64,000 bases of DNA from Carcharhinus amblyrhynchos (taxonomy: Eukaryota), in contig OZ336872.1 of the NCBI GenBank assembly GCA_965287045.1, positions 81,034,001 to 81,098,000 of the forward strand. Reading direction: 5' to 3'. The notes beneath the pieces were generated by a model that did no database searches, was not told where the DNA came from, and saw only the letters and a program-made list of their open reading frames with translations. A program made the position numbers and the translations under genes. Position 1 is the stretch's first letter; each line of letters opens with the position of its first letter. Shown piece after piece: positions 37,191 through 49,535 of the stretch.

Positions 37191-38175
37191 ATGGCACAAA
37201 GTGGCATAGATTAGGATATCACTGGGATTTAAACCAGTTTCAAATAAATACTTCATGTTCCTAGAATTTGGGACATCATCATGTAAGATAGGGTTAATAC
37301 AGTCAGGAGAAAACCAAATGTTATCATGCTCAATCATTTATTGCATACTCTTGTAAATTTCTGTGAAAATGAAGTCAAGTGTTTTTAACTGAAGAGGAAG
37401 ATCGTGCCTTACTAACAGACATAGCCTTTCAACCGGGACTCCTTTTGACATTCTGCTGTGAGTGGTGCACTCTTGCTAATTGTGCCTTTCTCTAACAATA
37501 TTAGAGACCTATCATTTGTAGATGCTTTACGAGATCATTGATTTAACATTGTGTATAATTTTCTCAGGATTTTCCATACCCCAGTGCACACGTGGGTTAG
37601 ATTTAATTTGATTCATGTTGATGTTTTTCCAAATATTCTTGATTCTATTCATTAGGTTTAGTTTTAATCGGATTTCACTATTGATTACTTCAAGCCCAAA
37701 CTTCATTTAGGTCTGCAAATTATTCTCTTGGAATGTACAGTCTGCAATGTCTCCAGTCTGTTAGTGGGATTCTGGAGTCTTGACGAGAAGCAACCCTCAA
37801 TAACACTGTAAACTGTCATATCCAGACCATTTTCCTGTTAGTAATTCTGGTGCAAACAGATTTTTTTTGAATGAAAATTTAGCTGATAGGATGCCAGTCA
37901 AATGCAAGAGTGTCCTGTTTGATGTGATTCCAGTTTGATCTGCCATACAGCCAGGTCACCTAGTTCATGTGCTTTTTGAAATACTATACCATTGATGATA
38001 TATTTGGAATCAGTGCAAATAGTTTGGATCGCTTTGCTGCTGGAGCTTCCAAGCTTTGTAACCGCAACACTTTTTTGTGTTGTGGATTATTTAATTCTGT
38101 AAATCATTATAATTGCTTGCATTAAATAATAAAGAATTATTGTTGGTAACTTTTAATCATGCGTACTTCTTACAG

Positions 38176-38314
38176 CTAAGAATGACAACACTGGGATTCT
38201 TGCAACAGTTGCTCTGGTGTGTCTCTCCTTCTCGATTGTGAATGCAGACTCAAAAGCAGTGACAACAACGCTCACCACCAAGTGGCCATCTACACCATTG
38301 TTATTGGAAGCAAG
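38176..38314 (+). CDS. UGGT1: UGGT1 exon 2 (signal peptide, ...VNADSKAVTTTLTTKWPSTPLLLEAS)
   Basis: cttacag acceptor, gtaatc donor; matches the UGGT1 N-terminus ADSKAITTSLTTKWFSTPLLLEAS. Confidence 0.97.
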
Positions 38315-39222
38315 GTAATCGTATTGGTCTTCCATTTATCTGTCAATGGCTGAATTTCCAGTTCATTTGGTTAATTTCTTTTAACCCAAATGGAGGGCAT
38401 TTTGGTAAGCAAATGCAAATACTATATGGTACCTGATCAATTAGTATTTGGTCCTGATACAGGAAAAAAATGTTCTTATAAAGAATTGCAGGGCTGTCAA
38501 TGACGATCTACCCATTTCATGGTCATTTTCTGATGATTACCCACAAATTATTTGAATTCAGTTTCACATGTTAAAATTTAGGGGAAGGAGGAAGAGGGTT
38601 TAACAGTCTGGGTCCATTGTTGCTGTGAAGCAAACGGTTTTTTTCATGGAACCAGTTACATTGGTCTGATTATTCTCATTATAATTTTCTTCACTGATCC
38701 ATTGAGGGTTACGCATGTCTTGAATTTTGAGCACAACTTGCTATATTGAGGTATTGAAGGAAATAAGGTTTGGATACCTTCGGGAAAATCTCATTTATTT
38801 CACGTTGCTTCACCTATGTTGATTCAAGTTCTGTGCAGCATTTTGTGTTCCATGACTGAAGTATCTATTGTAAATTAATGATCATTTTGTTGGTACCCTT
38901 GTGGATAAAGTCATTAAGTGTAGAATCTTCCATCTAAACAGATCAATAATAATGGATTGTTGCGATTTTAATGCAGCATCTCAATTACTATCTAAAAGCA
39001 GTGCAAGAAAGTGGAGTGGAAAAGGATAATTCCAGTCTTAGCATGTAGCTGTAATTTGAAATGTAATGCGATTGTTGGATAACTGATCGAAACACTTGTT
39101 AGATAAACACGTAACAAGGTCAATTCTAATAACTTTTGCATGCTGTTAACTGAAATAGTAATTTGATACTTTATTGTAGTAAGTAAATTGGAAGATGTAT
39201 TTTCTTTTTCTTATTATTACAG

Positions 39223-39305
39223 TGAATTTTTGGCTGAAGAAAACAAAGCCAAGTTCTGGTATTTTGTGGATGCCACTCAAGAAATTCACCAAGGGGATTA
39301 TGAAG
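39223..39305 (+). CDS. UGGT1: UGGT1 exon 3 (EFLAEENKAKFWYFVDATQEIHQGDYE)
   Basis: AG/GT boundaries, phase-consistent, homologous to UGGT1 EFLAEDSQEKFWNFVEAS. Confidence 0.96.
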
Positions 39306-41009
39306 GTAGTGATGACTTCATTGCAGAGCAATAATGTGCCACAGAGTTATCACATTTCTCATTCATTTACACCTTCACATTTCATACTGTAAGCCAACAT
39401 TCAGCTGGAGGTGTGCGAGAAACGCACTGTCCTGATTAAGATTTTGATTGTATACTTGTCTGCTGTTCCACGCTCCTCATCACCATGACTTTTATTTTTG
39501 TCAGATGTTGTGGGCAGATGATATCTTTAAGCTCCTGCAACATTTTATATTACTTAATCAAATTGTAAGGTGAGACTGGGGTAGATGATAAAACTTATGT
39601 TTCTTTAAAATGATCACAGAATTCTCTGCAATGGCACTTTTGGTGGCAAATGCCACAAGTGAGTTTATTGTGCTCCCTGATCCTGGACTAGTGAATTCAC
39701 AACAAAAGTGGCTAGAAAAATGATTAGGGTACTCTGCAGTGAGTGTGCGGGTGGATCAGGAATAGCTTGGCCAGTGTTTGCTGCACATCCAGGGAAGAGA
39801 GTCTGACGCAGAATGGAATATGGTCATTAAGTCTTAGAGCACAGAAGGAGACCCTTCAGCCCAGTGTGTCTGCATCAGCCATCAAATACCTATCAATTCT
39901 GACCCCATTTTCCAGTACTTGGCCAAAGCTTTGTATGCTACGGGGTTTCAAATGCTCCTCCAAACTCTTAACTGTTGTGAGGGTTCCCATCTCTACTACC
40001 CTCAATCATGTCGTTTCCTCCCCACCCCAAGCGCACGCTCCCTTTCTCTCTCTTTCCCTGCCTCCCCCTCCCCACCTTGTCCCAGTCTAACCTGCCTCCC
40101 TTCATAACTAATGCTCCAGTCCAGTCAGCATGAAATTCTATGGTGGTGCATTTAGGAGTAATGGCACTGATATGATGATGTGGGATGGGTTACCGTATGC
40201 ACAGACAGAATCATTGCCTAATGTAAATGCCATCAAATTCTTAAAACAATGATGAAAGTTGTATCAGAATGACAGCATTTTACCTCTGAGGCTGATGTCC
40301 ACTTTAAAGTCCCAGTTGGTGTTGAGTAAACAGTTGTAAATGAATAACAATTGAAGTAGGATTTCAAGTACTTGCCTCCTTCAGAGAGTACCCAATCTTT
40401 TATGTGGTTTTCTTGTGTATTCAACGCTTGTAAAAATAGTTTGCCTATAATTCTTGTAGCAAGCAAAATATTTAATAGGCACAGGATGTCCTTACCAAAG
40501 GAATACGAAGTGGGGATGTTGATGCAAATGTGAAAGTAATGTAAACATATTGTTAGACGTATTTATCACTTAAGAGGAGCTACTAGTTTATCTTTATGTC
40601 TGAGCATGTTAATCCCAGGAGCAATTTATCCCAGAATTGAAGTCCAGTGTGTAATGATTTCACTGACACAGCGATAAGGCTAATGAAGTGGGGTTTTGTG
40701 GCATTAGGTTTAGAGAAGGGAAAAATGAACCCAGGTTTCCATTTACAGTTGTTCTTCAACTCCTATTGGAGTAGACATGCAGAGTTTGGCTCAAGGCAGT
40801 GGCAGCTTTGTCTATCATCAATGGTCAAATAGCATTTTGACCTTTACTGACTAAGCTACTACAACAACAGTGGTATTTTGGAGAATAGAGTGACAAGCAT
40901 CTATGAAATGTTACCAACAATAAATAAAAACAGTCAGTGAAAGAAGAGGAGAAAATTAACAGGGGGATGGGGCAACTTAAGGATGTAATTGTTTTGTTTC
41001 ATATGACAG

Positions 41010-41140
41010 AAACCGATACCTCATACTACCAGTATATACTACAGAAAGCTGGTGAGCTTCTGACCCCTGTGCAGACCAACCTGCTGAAGTTTGCCTTGTC
41101 TCTACGGGCATACTCTGCCACTGTTCAAACATTTCAGCAG
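41010..41140 (+). CDS. UGGT1: UGGT1 exon 4 (TDTSYYQYILQKAGELLTPVQTNLLKFALSLRAYSATVQTFQQ)
   Basis: gacag acceptor, gtgagt donor; conserved LKFxLSLRxYS motif. Confidence 0.97.
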
Positions 41141-41234
41141 GTGAGTTGAGTGTATTTTACAGGATTCAATCTGGGTAGAAGCTGGGAGCTGTTTTTGTTC
41201 AGGATGATATAAAGGATACCAATTCTTCTCATAG

Positions 41235-41347
41235 ATTGCAGCAGAGGAACCTCCTCCAGAAGATTGTTCTGCTTTCATAAATGTGCATGGGGAGAAAAGC
41301 TGCAATCCTGACAATTTGGAGGCACTTCTTCAGAGTGCTTTGGAGAG
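41235..41347 (+). CDS. UGGT1: UGGT1 exon 5 (IAAEEPPPEDCSAFINVHGEKSCNPDNLEALLQSALER)
   Basis: ctcatag acceptor, gtaaaa donor; 94-nt intron 4; conserved Cys pair. Confidence 0.97.
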
Positions 41348-42252
41348 GTAAAAATAATACACTGCATGTATCAAACAGAAAAGTTGGGAATCATTTCTGT
41401 TCTGAATTAGTAAAATGGAATGGAATTCAATGTGTTATTAACTTGAAAATTGGCAAATTAATTGCATATGAACATGTGAATTGGGTACTGTGTAAAGTTT
41501 GAGTTCATTGGACTTACAGTTGTAATGCTCTTGAATGATCGTGGAACTTGTGCTTTAAGTGGATAATTCCTCAATTATGCTATTTTTGTGATCTGCATTC
41601 CCAATGTGCTGCAAATGGTCAAGTCACGTTCAAGATTGGGACTAATTGCACACTTTGTTAAATTCCTTTTTCAGTTGCACCTGCTTTACCTCTGTGCTCA
41701 GAATATTATAATGTCAAATGGGGTCTGGTGTTTATTTGGCAATTTGCACTAAGGAGTTCCTTTCTACTATGGTGACCAGAGTACTTAGTGTTCTGATTAT
41801 GTGAGCTTCAGCTGCTGAGAGCTTGAACCAGTTGATGAACCACAAACATTTGGATTACAATTTGGTTTTGGATGATCTGATTTGCAATGAATGCAGAAGT
41901 TGATCTGCTTGACCTACAACACAGACCATATTGCACATGTGCCATGTTGTAAAGGGGCGTATGGTAAATTGGTGGAATTGTCATGTGACTGCTTGATGAA
42001 ACTTAAAATTGGACTAGTTTTTTTTCAAATTAAGGAGTGTGAATGAGTTTTGTTCAATGAATTTCACGGAAGTGGTTAAACAGGTTCTTTCTTTTTATGC
42101 TTCCCAAGACCTGCTTGCTATCTTCTGTCTGTGACTAATGTTGTGTATCTGTAACATTGTTGTGAGCCTGTGATGTTTCTGTTGGTCTCTGGTTTACATA
42201 GTAAAAAGTCTGACAACACCAGGTTTAAGTCCAACCGATTTATTTGATAGTA

Positions 42253-42294
42253 CACTCACTAGCTTTCGGGGTTAGTCCCTTCGTCAGGTGAATG
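42253..42294 (-). ncRNA. Minimal type I hammerhead ribozyme motif in the Penelope pLTR
   Basis: 5'-CAUUCAC CUGACGA AGGGACUAACCCC GAAA GCUA GUGAGUG: core boxes, 7-bp stem I, GGG/CCC stem II, palindromic AGCU stem III. Confidence 0.8.
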
Positions 42295-42353
42295 GAGAGT
42301 TCTGGCCTCAGACAGAGCATATAAAGCACAGACAGTTTACAGATTACTGATTA

Positions 42354-43242
42354 CATAAGAACCTAAGAAATAGGAGCAGAAGTAGGCCATCTAGCCCTTC
42401 GAGCCTGCCCCCCCATTCAATAAGATCATGGCTGATCTGTCGTGTCTCAGTTCCACATTCCCACCCTCTCCCCATAACCCTTAATCCCCTCTCTTATCAA
42501 AAACCCATCAACCCGCGTCTTAAAAATATTTAGCGAGGCAGCCTCCACCACTTCAACGGGCAGAGAATTCCAGAGATTCACCACCCTTTGAGTGAAGAAG
42601 TTCCTCCTCAACTCCGTTCTAAACCGCTCCCCCTTTATCTTGAGGCTGTGCCCCCTAGTCCTACTGTCCTTTCTGAGCGGGAAGAGTGTCTCCACCTCTA
42701 TCCTATCCATCCCATTCATCATCTTATATGTCTCAATGAGATCTCCCCTCATTCTTCTAAACTCTAACGAGTACAATCCTAGTTTATTCAGCCTCTCCTC
42801 GTAGCCCAACCCCCTCAACTCCGGCATCAGCCTAGTAAACCTCCTCTGCACTCCCTCCAAGGCCAAAATATCCTTGCGTAAGTATGGCGCCCAAAACTGC
42901 ACACAGTACTCCAGCTGCGGCCTCACCAATGCCCTATACAGCTGCAGCAAGACCTCCCTACTTTTATATTCAATCCCCCTCGCTATGAAGGCCAGTATCC
43001 CATTCGCCTTCCTGACCACCTGCTGCACCTGCAGGCTGGGTTTTTGCGACTCATGCACAAGGACCCCGAGGTCCCTCTGCACCGTCGCCTGCTGCAGTTT
43101 TTCGCCACGTAAGTAATAATCCTTCCTACCATTATTCCTACCAAAGTGGACCATCTCGCACTTGCCAACATTAAATTCCATTTGCCATTTCCTGGCCCAT
43201 TCACCCAGCCTATCTAGATCCTTCTGTAGACTCTCCACACCC
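42354..43242 (-). mobile_element. Young 5'-truncated CR1 LINE inside a Penelope element
   Basis: Intact ORF2 C-terminus (42447-~43240); tail tttcttaggttcttatg; 4-bp TSD atta at 42350-42353 and 43243-43246. Confidence 0.92.
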
Positions 43243-44419
43243 ATTAGAATGTGAATCTTTACACCTAACCTGCTGTTCAAGTCTTAAAGTGGCTGACAAT
43301 GTGAGTGGAAGGAGCGCTGATCACAGGTTAGAGATGTGTATTGTCTCCAGACAGTACAGTAAGTGAGGTTTTGCAAACCCAGGTAAGTCACGGGGGTTAC
43401 AGATAGCACAACATGAACCCAAGATCCTTGTTGAGACCGTCCTCGTGTGCGGAACTTGGCTACTAACCCCGAAAGCTAGTGAGTGTACTATCAAATAAAT
43501 CGGTTGGACTTAAACCTGGTGTTGTCAGACTTTTTACTGTGTTCACCCCAGTCCAACGCCGGCATATCCACATCATGACGGTCTCTGGTTTCACATATCC
43601 AGCAAAAACCAAATGATTGACTTTATCTAAGTCGTCATGATGCAATCTGATGGTTGGGGGAATTCCACCAGGTTCTAGCCGCTGTAGTGCCCAATTGATT
43701 CTGGTATAGCTGGTGAAAATGCCTGTCCAGTAAATAGGACATTGAGGTTCAAATCCCAGAAAAGCCTTATTCCCTTTTAACCTGCTGTGTTCAGGTTAAA
43801 ATTTTGTAGCCACTGTAGTAGTTCTTTTTTTCCACATCCCCCAAGTCATTTGCCCAATTGGGAATTTTTCTCATTATTCTTACTTTTGCTTTTCATCTGG
43901 TTTTTGAATTTACCTGAAACCCACCCCCATCTCCACTCCCACCCCGAATAGTCCAATTTGCTGACATTCATCAAAAATTATCCCAGAGCTCTGATTTTGA
44001 AAACAGGTGGAGAGGAGTCACTGATCCTATTCTAAATGTTTTAAAAATGCTTTGTTGATTTCCTTTCAAAGTCGCAGCCACCTTTTTACTGACTGTTTAC
44101 TTAAGGTGATTGGCATGTCACGGTATTTAATATTTGTTGGTCTAATGGCGTTGGGCTGCAACTTGTAACTGATTATAACTATTTGGTTCAGATCTGAAGA
44201 AATATATTTTTTGACTTTCCTAAGCCACAGTGCAGCCAAATTCCTAGCTTCCTACCCCTTTCAAACTTTAGCTGCGTACCCCGGACTCTTGTTATCTCTG
44301 AATGAGGATACCCAGTTTCTTATTGCCCTGGTGTTGTCTACAGCCTTCTCACCATCGCCTCCCACCCAGATTAACCCTATTTTTGGCTCCCTCTTAAACC
44401 AGCTTCAGCTCCAGGTCAT

Positions 44420-45390
44420 CTCTGCAGGTGCCTCTCAGGGTAGTGCCTTAGACCCAACATCTCAGCTGCTTCATCAATGGCCTTCCCTCCATCATAAAGT
44501 CAGAAGTGGGGATGTTTGCCAATGTTCAGTGCCATTCACGACTCCTCAGATGCTGAAGCAGTCCATGTTCAAATGCAACAAAATCTGGACAATATCCAGG
44601 CTTAGGCTGATAAATGTCGAGTAACATTTGCACCACACAAATGCCAGGTAATGACCATCATCTGTAAGAGACACTAACCACTGCTCCTCGATATTAAGTG
44701 GTGCTACCGTTACTGAATTTCCCACTGTCAACATCCTTGGGGTTACCATTGACCAGAAACTCAATTGGACTTGCCACGTAAACACCGTGGCTACAAGACC
44801 AGGTCAGAGGCTAGGAATACTGCGGCAAGTGACTCACCTTCTGACTCCTCAAAGCCTGTCCACTATTTACAAGCACAAGTCAGGAGTGTGATGGAATACT
44901 CCCCACTAGCTTGGATAGGTGCAGCTCCAACAACACTTAAGAAGCTTGACATCATCCAGGACAAAGCAGCTGGCTTGATTGGCACCTCATTCACAAACAT
45001 CCACGCCTTCCACCGCTGATGCTCAGTGTGGACTATCTACAAGATGCATTGCAGCAATTCACCAAAAAATCCTTGGACAGCACCTTCCAAACCCATGACC
45101 ACTTCCACCTAGAAGGACAAGGGCAGCAGATACATGGGAACACTACCGCCTGCATGTTCCCTTCCAAGCCACACTCACCATCCTGACTTGGAAATATATT
45201 ACTGTTCCTTCACAGTCGCTGGGTCAAAATCCTGGAATTCCTCCCTAATGGCATTGTGGGTCAGCCCACAGCATAAGGACTGCAGCAATTCAAGAAGGCG
45301 GCTCACAACCAGCTTCTTAAAGGCAACTCGGGATGGGCAATAAATGCTGGCCAGCCAGCGATGCCAATATCCCACGAATGATCTAAAAAA
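44420..45390 (+). mobile_element. Non-LTR retrotransposon 3' part (clade not resolved); related pieces at ~17570-17840, ~21230-21545(-), ~47760-48910(-)
   Basis: QGSALDP, YLQAQVRSVMEYSPLAW..LKKLDIIQDKA remnants; tail gggcaataaatgctggcc. Confidence 0.7.
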
Positions 45391-46732
45391 AACTTTTCCT
45401 CATTTCCTTGTAGAAGTTCAATGAGCAGCCACGTGCCCAAGCTTCCCACTTCCAGAGAAAAAAACAAGGTACTTCTGGAGGTCTGACGTCCTGAATCTGA
45501 TTCTGGGTTTCTGGCAGCGGTCTTTTCATATCTGAACACTAATGATCTAAAAAAAAGCCCACTGTAGTTAGTTCTTAGTAAACTTTGATTTATGCCATGC
45601 AGAAAGACCAGTTGTGCCAGTCTGTTGCCAGTTATACTAGAGTTGTGTGTACAGTATTTGATAGGCTTCATGTCATATGTTCTTCTTATTGGCATTAAAC
45701 ATAAATGTTGAACTGTGAAAATAGCATCCATAACTTGATATGTTATTGTTGATGTAGTAAGAGATAAATTTCAAAACCAGCATCAATTTGCTTTCAATAT
45801 TTCCATTGCATAATTTTATAATAGTTTGACAAACATGCTTGCATATCTGTAGTGCTATCTAAGAAAGTATGACAAAGCAATGCTTTACACTAGTAGGTAC
45901 TTAACTAGTGTGTAATTTTACAAATACCACTGAGAATTAAATATTGTCTTAAATAAGGAGATATTTTCTGATAAACATGATAATCATTCTCAATTAAATA
46001 TTTGCTTAAATGTCAGTTTGTAGGATGAGTAACTTAAGTTCCAGTTCATCTTTTCGTTCGATTGTACTTAATTGTAGCTTTATCTGTCTATTTGTCCCAA
46101 TTATTTTAATGGACAAGCGCACCATTTTGTGACATTGAGGGATGAGGAGCAGGGTGGCCCCTGGCTCTGTCCCTTGCCTTAATTGAGTTGAGGTCAATCT
46201 CTGCTTGAATTGGGGGGGTAGTAAAATTGGGATCAACATTTGGAAAAAGATTAAAATGGTCCAGAGTTCAAGCATTTGATTATTAAGCAGTGACTCTTAT
46301 GCTTATCACACTTGCTCTTTCAACAAATTTGGGTTCATGTTGGTGGCTTCTTTGTTTGAATGGCCTACCCACATTTACTCTCTCAAACTTATGCCTGATC
46401 AAAGGCTTCAGGAGCAATAGTGGAAATAGTGACCACCAACTTGCTGTCTTCGGAAAGAAAGGCTTCAGGGAAAAATGTTGGAGGGAATTTTTTGATATGT
46501 TAATTGCATTCTATAAATTCTCAATTTGAGTCTGAAAGTTAGATCAAAGATTTTTGTTCAATAATTATAGTCAAAACGAAAGAACGTTTCTATCATGGAA
46601 ACTATAGATTCTGCAATGGGAATACTTTTAAAATATTTAATTTACAACTGATAAATGTCTGAGGAGAACTATTTAATGCAATTTTACTGGAAAGTAATGG
46701 GCTATTTTTAATTTTGATTTCTACCTTGTCAG

Positions 46733-46907
46733 ACCCAAGCCATATTTATTTAAAGGCGATCATATTGAGTCATCCTTTAGAACTGAACTTCCGGTGGTGA
46801 TTCTGTATGGTGAGATTGGTACCAAAGAATTTTCCAGATTCCACAAGCTTCTTCATTCTAAATCTGATGTCGGAAGTGTCAACTATGTACTCCGGCATTA
46901 TGTTGCT
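46733..46907 (+). CDS. UGGT1: UGGT1 exon 6 (PKPYLFKGDH...PVVILYGEIGT...NYVLRHYVA)
   Basis: ttgtcag acceptor, gtaagt donor; in frame. Confidence 0.97.
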
Positions 46908-47876
46908 GTAAGTAAATATGCTGTTTTGCTCCTAAATTGCATGTGTATTAATAGTAATTACTTGTTTGCCTTCGGGGAATTCCATTCAAGAATTATCAAA
47001 GTTGTCTTGCATTAAGATTGGGCAAATTTCACTTGCTGAATAAGTAACCACATTTCAGTAACCACACTTCCCCTTGCCAATTTTCTATCTTTCTTTGAAT
47101 TGAGGCATTGCACCTTTTCTGGGAGATGAACATCTTTATTTTGTGCAGGTTACTCCCTAGTATCTTGCCTAAGTGGCCATTTTTATATGGAAGCTTTGTT
47201 ACAGGGATGCTAATTCTATTCTAACCTCATTGACGTAGATTTCTGAGACTGCTGAGTGTTCAGTCATTCTGTTTCTTATTATTCACTTTCTTATACTTTG
47301 TGGACAACAACAGGAACACATAGTGACATTACAGTTTTCAGACCATGTGCCAGGTGCAAATAGGGATTAAAAGGATAATGATTGCTTGAGCATTTGTTAA
47401 GTTTCCAATTTTTTAAATTCAACTTTGCGATGTGAAAGCAGGACTTTTGAGCAAGTCGAAATAATGGAGCACAAAATAAAGAGGTTCATCTTTATGTAGG
47501 TCATAGGAAGTAGATTTTAATCAGCCTAAGTCAATCTGAAACTTTGTCAGTGATGTTGCTGACATGAAAGAAAGCAGCCCAGAAAGATCTAGCGATCCAC
47601 AACAGTAATTGTGGAACCCTGGAGCATGTCTTGCTCTGCAGCTATAGTGATGTCAACAAGCAGTTAAGGAGCATATCGCATTAGATTATTTATGCACAGC
47701 TAACCAAAAAGTTGAAAGCACTTGATATAATTTATTTTTAATTTTCCAGGAGTAAAGTTTTCTTTACTCTTTCAGAGAAATTGCCATCACTGGGTTAGGC
47801 CAGCATTTGTTGCCCATCGTTATTGGCCTTGTAAAGGTGGTGGTGAGCCCTCTCCTTGAGTGCCCGTAGTCCATTT

Positions 47877-48726
47877 TGTGATACTGTGCCTCTAAGACAT
47901 GTATTTTAGTCATGTTTCTGTGTTGAATGTGTTTACTAGTCCCTTCCACTTTATTGGAGCCATTTTGTCTGAATCCAGAAGCACTGTATTGTTACTGCAG
48001 CAACATAATTGATCTTAACTGATGCAGCGTTTGTTTTGATTTGAATTAATGCAGGGTTCTGTTGTTTTGTGTTTTCCTCTGGGATTGCAGAGTAAGGCTT
48101 GATTAGGTTGATTGACAAGTAGGGTCATGTGACTGGGCACAGCTAGATTTTCACAAAGAACTCTAGGCTGTCTATTTTTAGGATTTTTAGAGAGAATTTG
48201 CTTTCTCTGAATCTCTTGCTCTGTCTGAAGTAGAGACTGAAATCTGCGAAGAAATAAGCTTGTTTTGCTGATATTCTACTGTTTGGGGTTGAATCTTTCT
48301 CTGGAAGATGTTTTAGGAGAATTAGAATATAGGTGTCTGTGTGGATTATTCTTCAAGAATGTCAAAAGGTTGAAAATCTAGGACCTACGTAAGCAGCTTT
48401 TGTTTCTGTGCTAACTGGTCCTAAAGAAGGGATTCATGTCTGTGGGGATAATGCTAACTTGGAGCAATAGAGATAGCTAGCTTTTAAGGAATATACTTTG
48501 TTGTTTTAAGTATTTTAATTGATAAAAGTTATCCTAATTCTTTTTACTATATTCTGACTGTTCTTAAATAAAGGTTTTATTTTGATAAAAGCTCCCTCGT
48601 GGATTATTTGAATCATAGCTGGAGTGAAATGCCTTATGTCCATCCTAATGCCAAAATCAAATGTCAAAGTTATGATTTGGGTTAACTTCATAAAATATCT
48701 TGGAGTTTCTTATCTGGTCCTTAACA
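47877..48726 (+). mobile_element. Probable solo LTR inserted in a LINE tail fragment
   Basis: TGTGA...TAACA ends, imperfect 4-bp TSD attt/actt, AATAAA near 48567; flanks rejoin one minus-strand LINE 3' sequence. Confidence 0.6.
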
Positions 48727-48954
48727 ACTTGGTGCTTTTAGGAAGGGTGTTCTAGGATTTTAATCCCATGACAGTGAAGAAAATGATGATATTTTTCCAT
48801 ATATGTTTGGCTTGGAGGGGAATTTGCGATGATGGTGTTCCCCTGCATCTGCTACACTATTTCTTGTAAGTAGCAGCGATCATGGGTTTGAAGGAGCCTT
48901 GGTGAGTTAAAGTAGTTCCACCTCATTCAATTAGGTGCAACCTTTCAAAACACA

Positions 48955-49130
48955 ACGAAAACAGAAAATGCTGGAAAATCTCAGCAGCTCTGACAACATC
49001 TGTGGAGAGAGAACAGAGCCAACGTTTCAAGTCTTAAAGTTTGCTCTGTTCTCTCTCCACAGGTGCTGTCAGACCTGCTGAGATTTTACAGCATTTCCTA
49101 TTTTTGTTTCAGATTCCAGCAGTCTTTGCT
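48955..49130. mobile_element. Fold-back (inverted) Penelope pLTR fragment
   Basis: ~65-bp imperfect inverted repeat 48958-49023 / 49039-49106, homologous to the 19690-19745 pLTR. Confidence 0.75.
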
Positions 49131-49438
49131 GTAACCTTTAAGTGTTTTTTAGCAAGCGCAATAGTGTAAAAGTGAAAGGTTTTGTGAAATTATGATTGCC
49201 ATGGGCATAGTAGTCTATGGGGACTTCCACAGTGTACCCTATGGAGTAACATGGACTTGCTGACGAGATTGTTAGGTTTAGTGGAGTAGTGATGATAAAT
49301 GCACAATCATGACTACAGCAAAATCTGGGCCATTGCGTTATTGCATTGTTGGCAAATGTTTCATTAAGTAATGAGCCGATTTGTATGGGTGATTTATTTG
49401 TTTCTTTTATTTCATGCTTTTGGACTTTTTATTTACAG

Positions 49439-49535
49439 AATCCAAGTGAAGATAAAGTCTTGCTTTCTGGTTATGGAGTTGAACTTGCCATTAAAAGCAC
49501 TGAATACAAGGCCAAAGATGATACCCAAGTTACAG
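49439..49535 (+). CDS. UGGT1: UGGT1 exon 7 (NPSEDKVLLSGYGVELAIKSTEYKAKDDTQVT)
   Basis: hallmark LSGYGVELAIKSTEYKAKDD motif; tttacag / gtgatt. Confidence 0.98.

Larger units (their letters stand above)
42196..43579 (-). mobile_element. Penelope-like element with inverted pseudo-LTR
   Basis: Perfect 77-bp inverted repeat 42200-42276 / 43462-43538; TSD ggtctctggttt 42184-42195 / 43580-43591; minus-strand C-terminal remnant AKFRT..DGLNKDLGFMLCYL* near 43400-43460. Confidence 0.85.
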
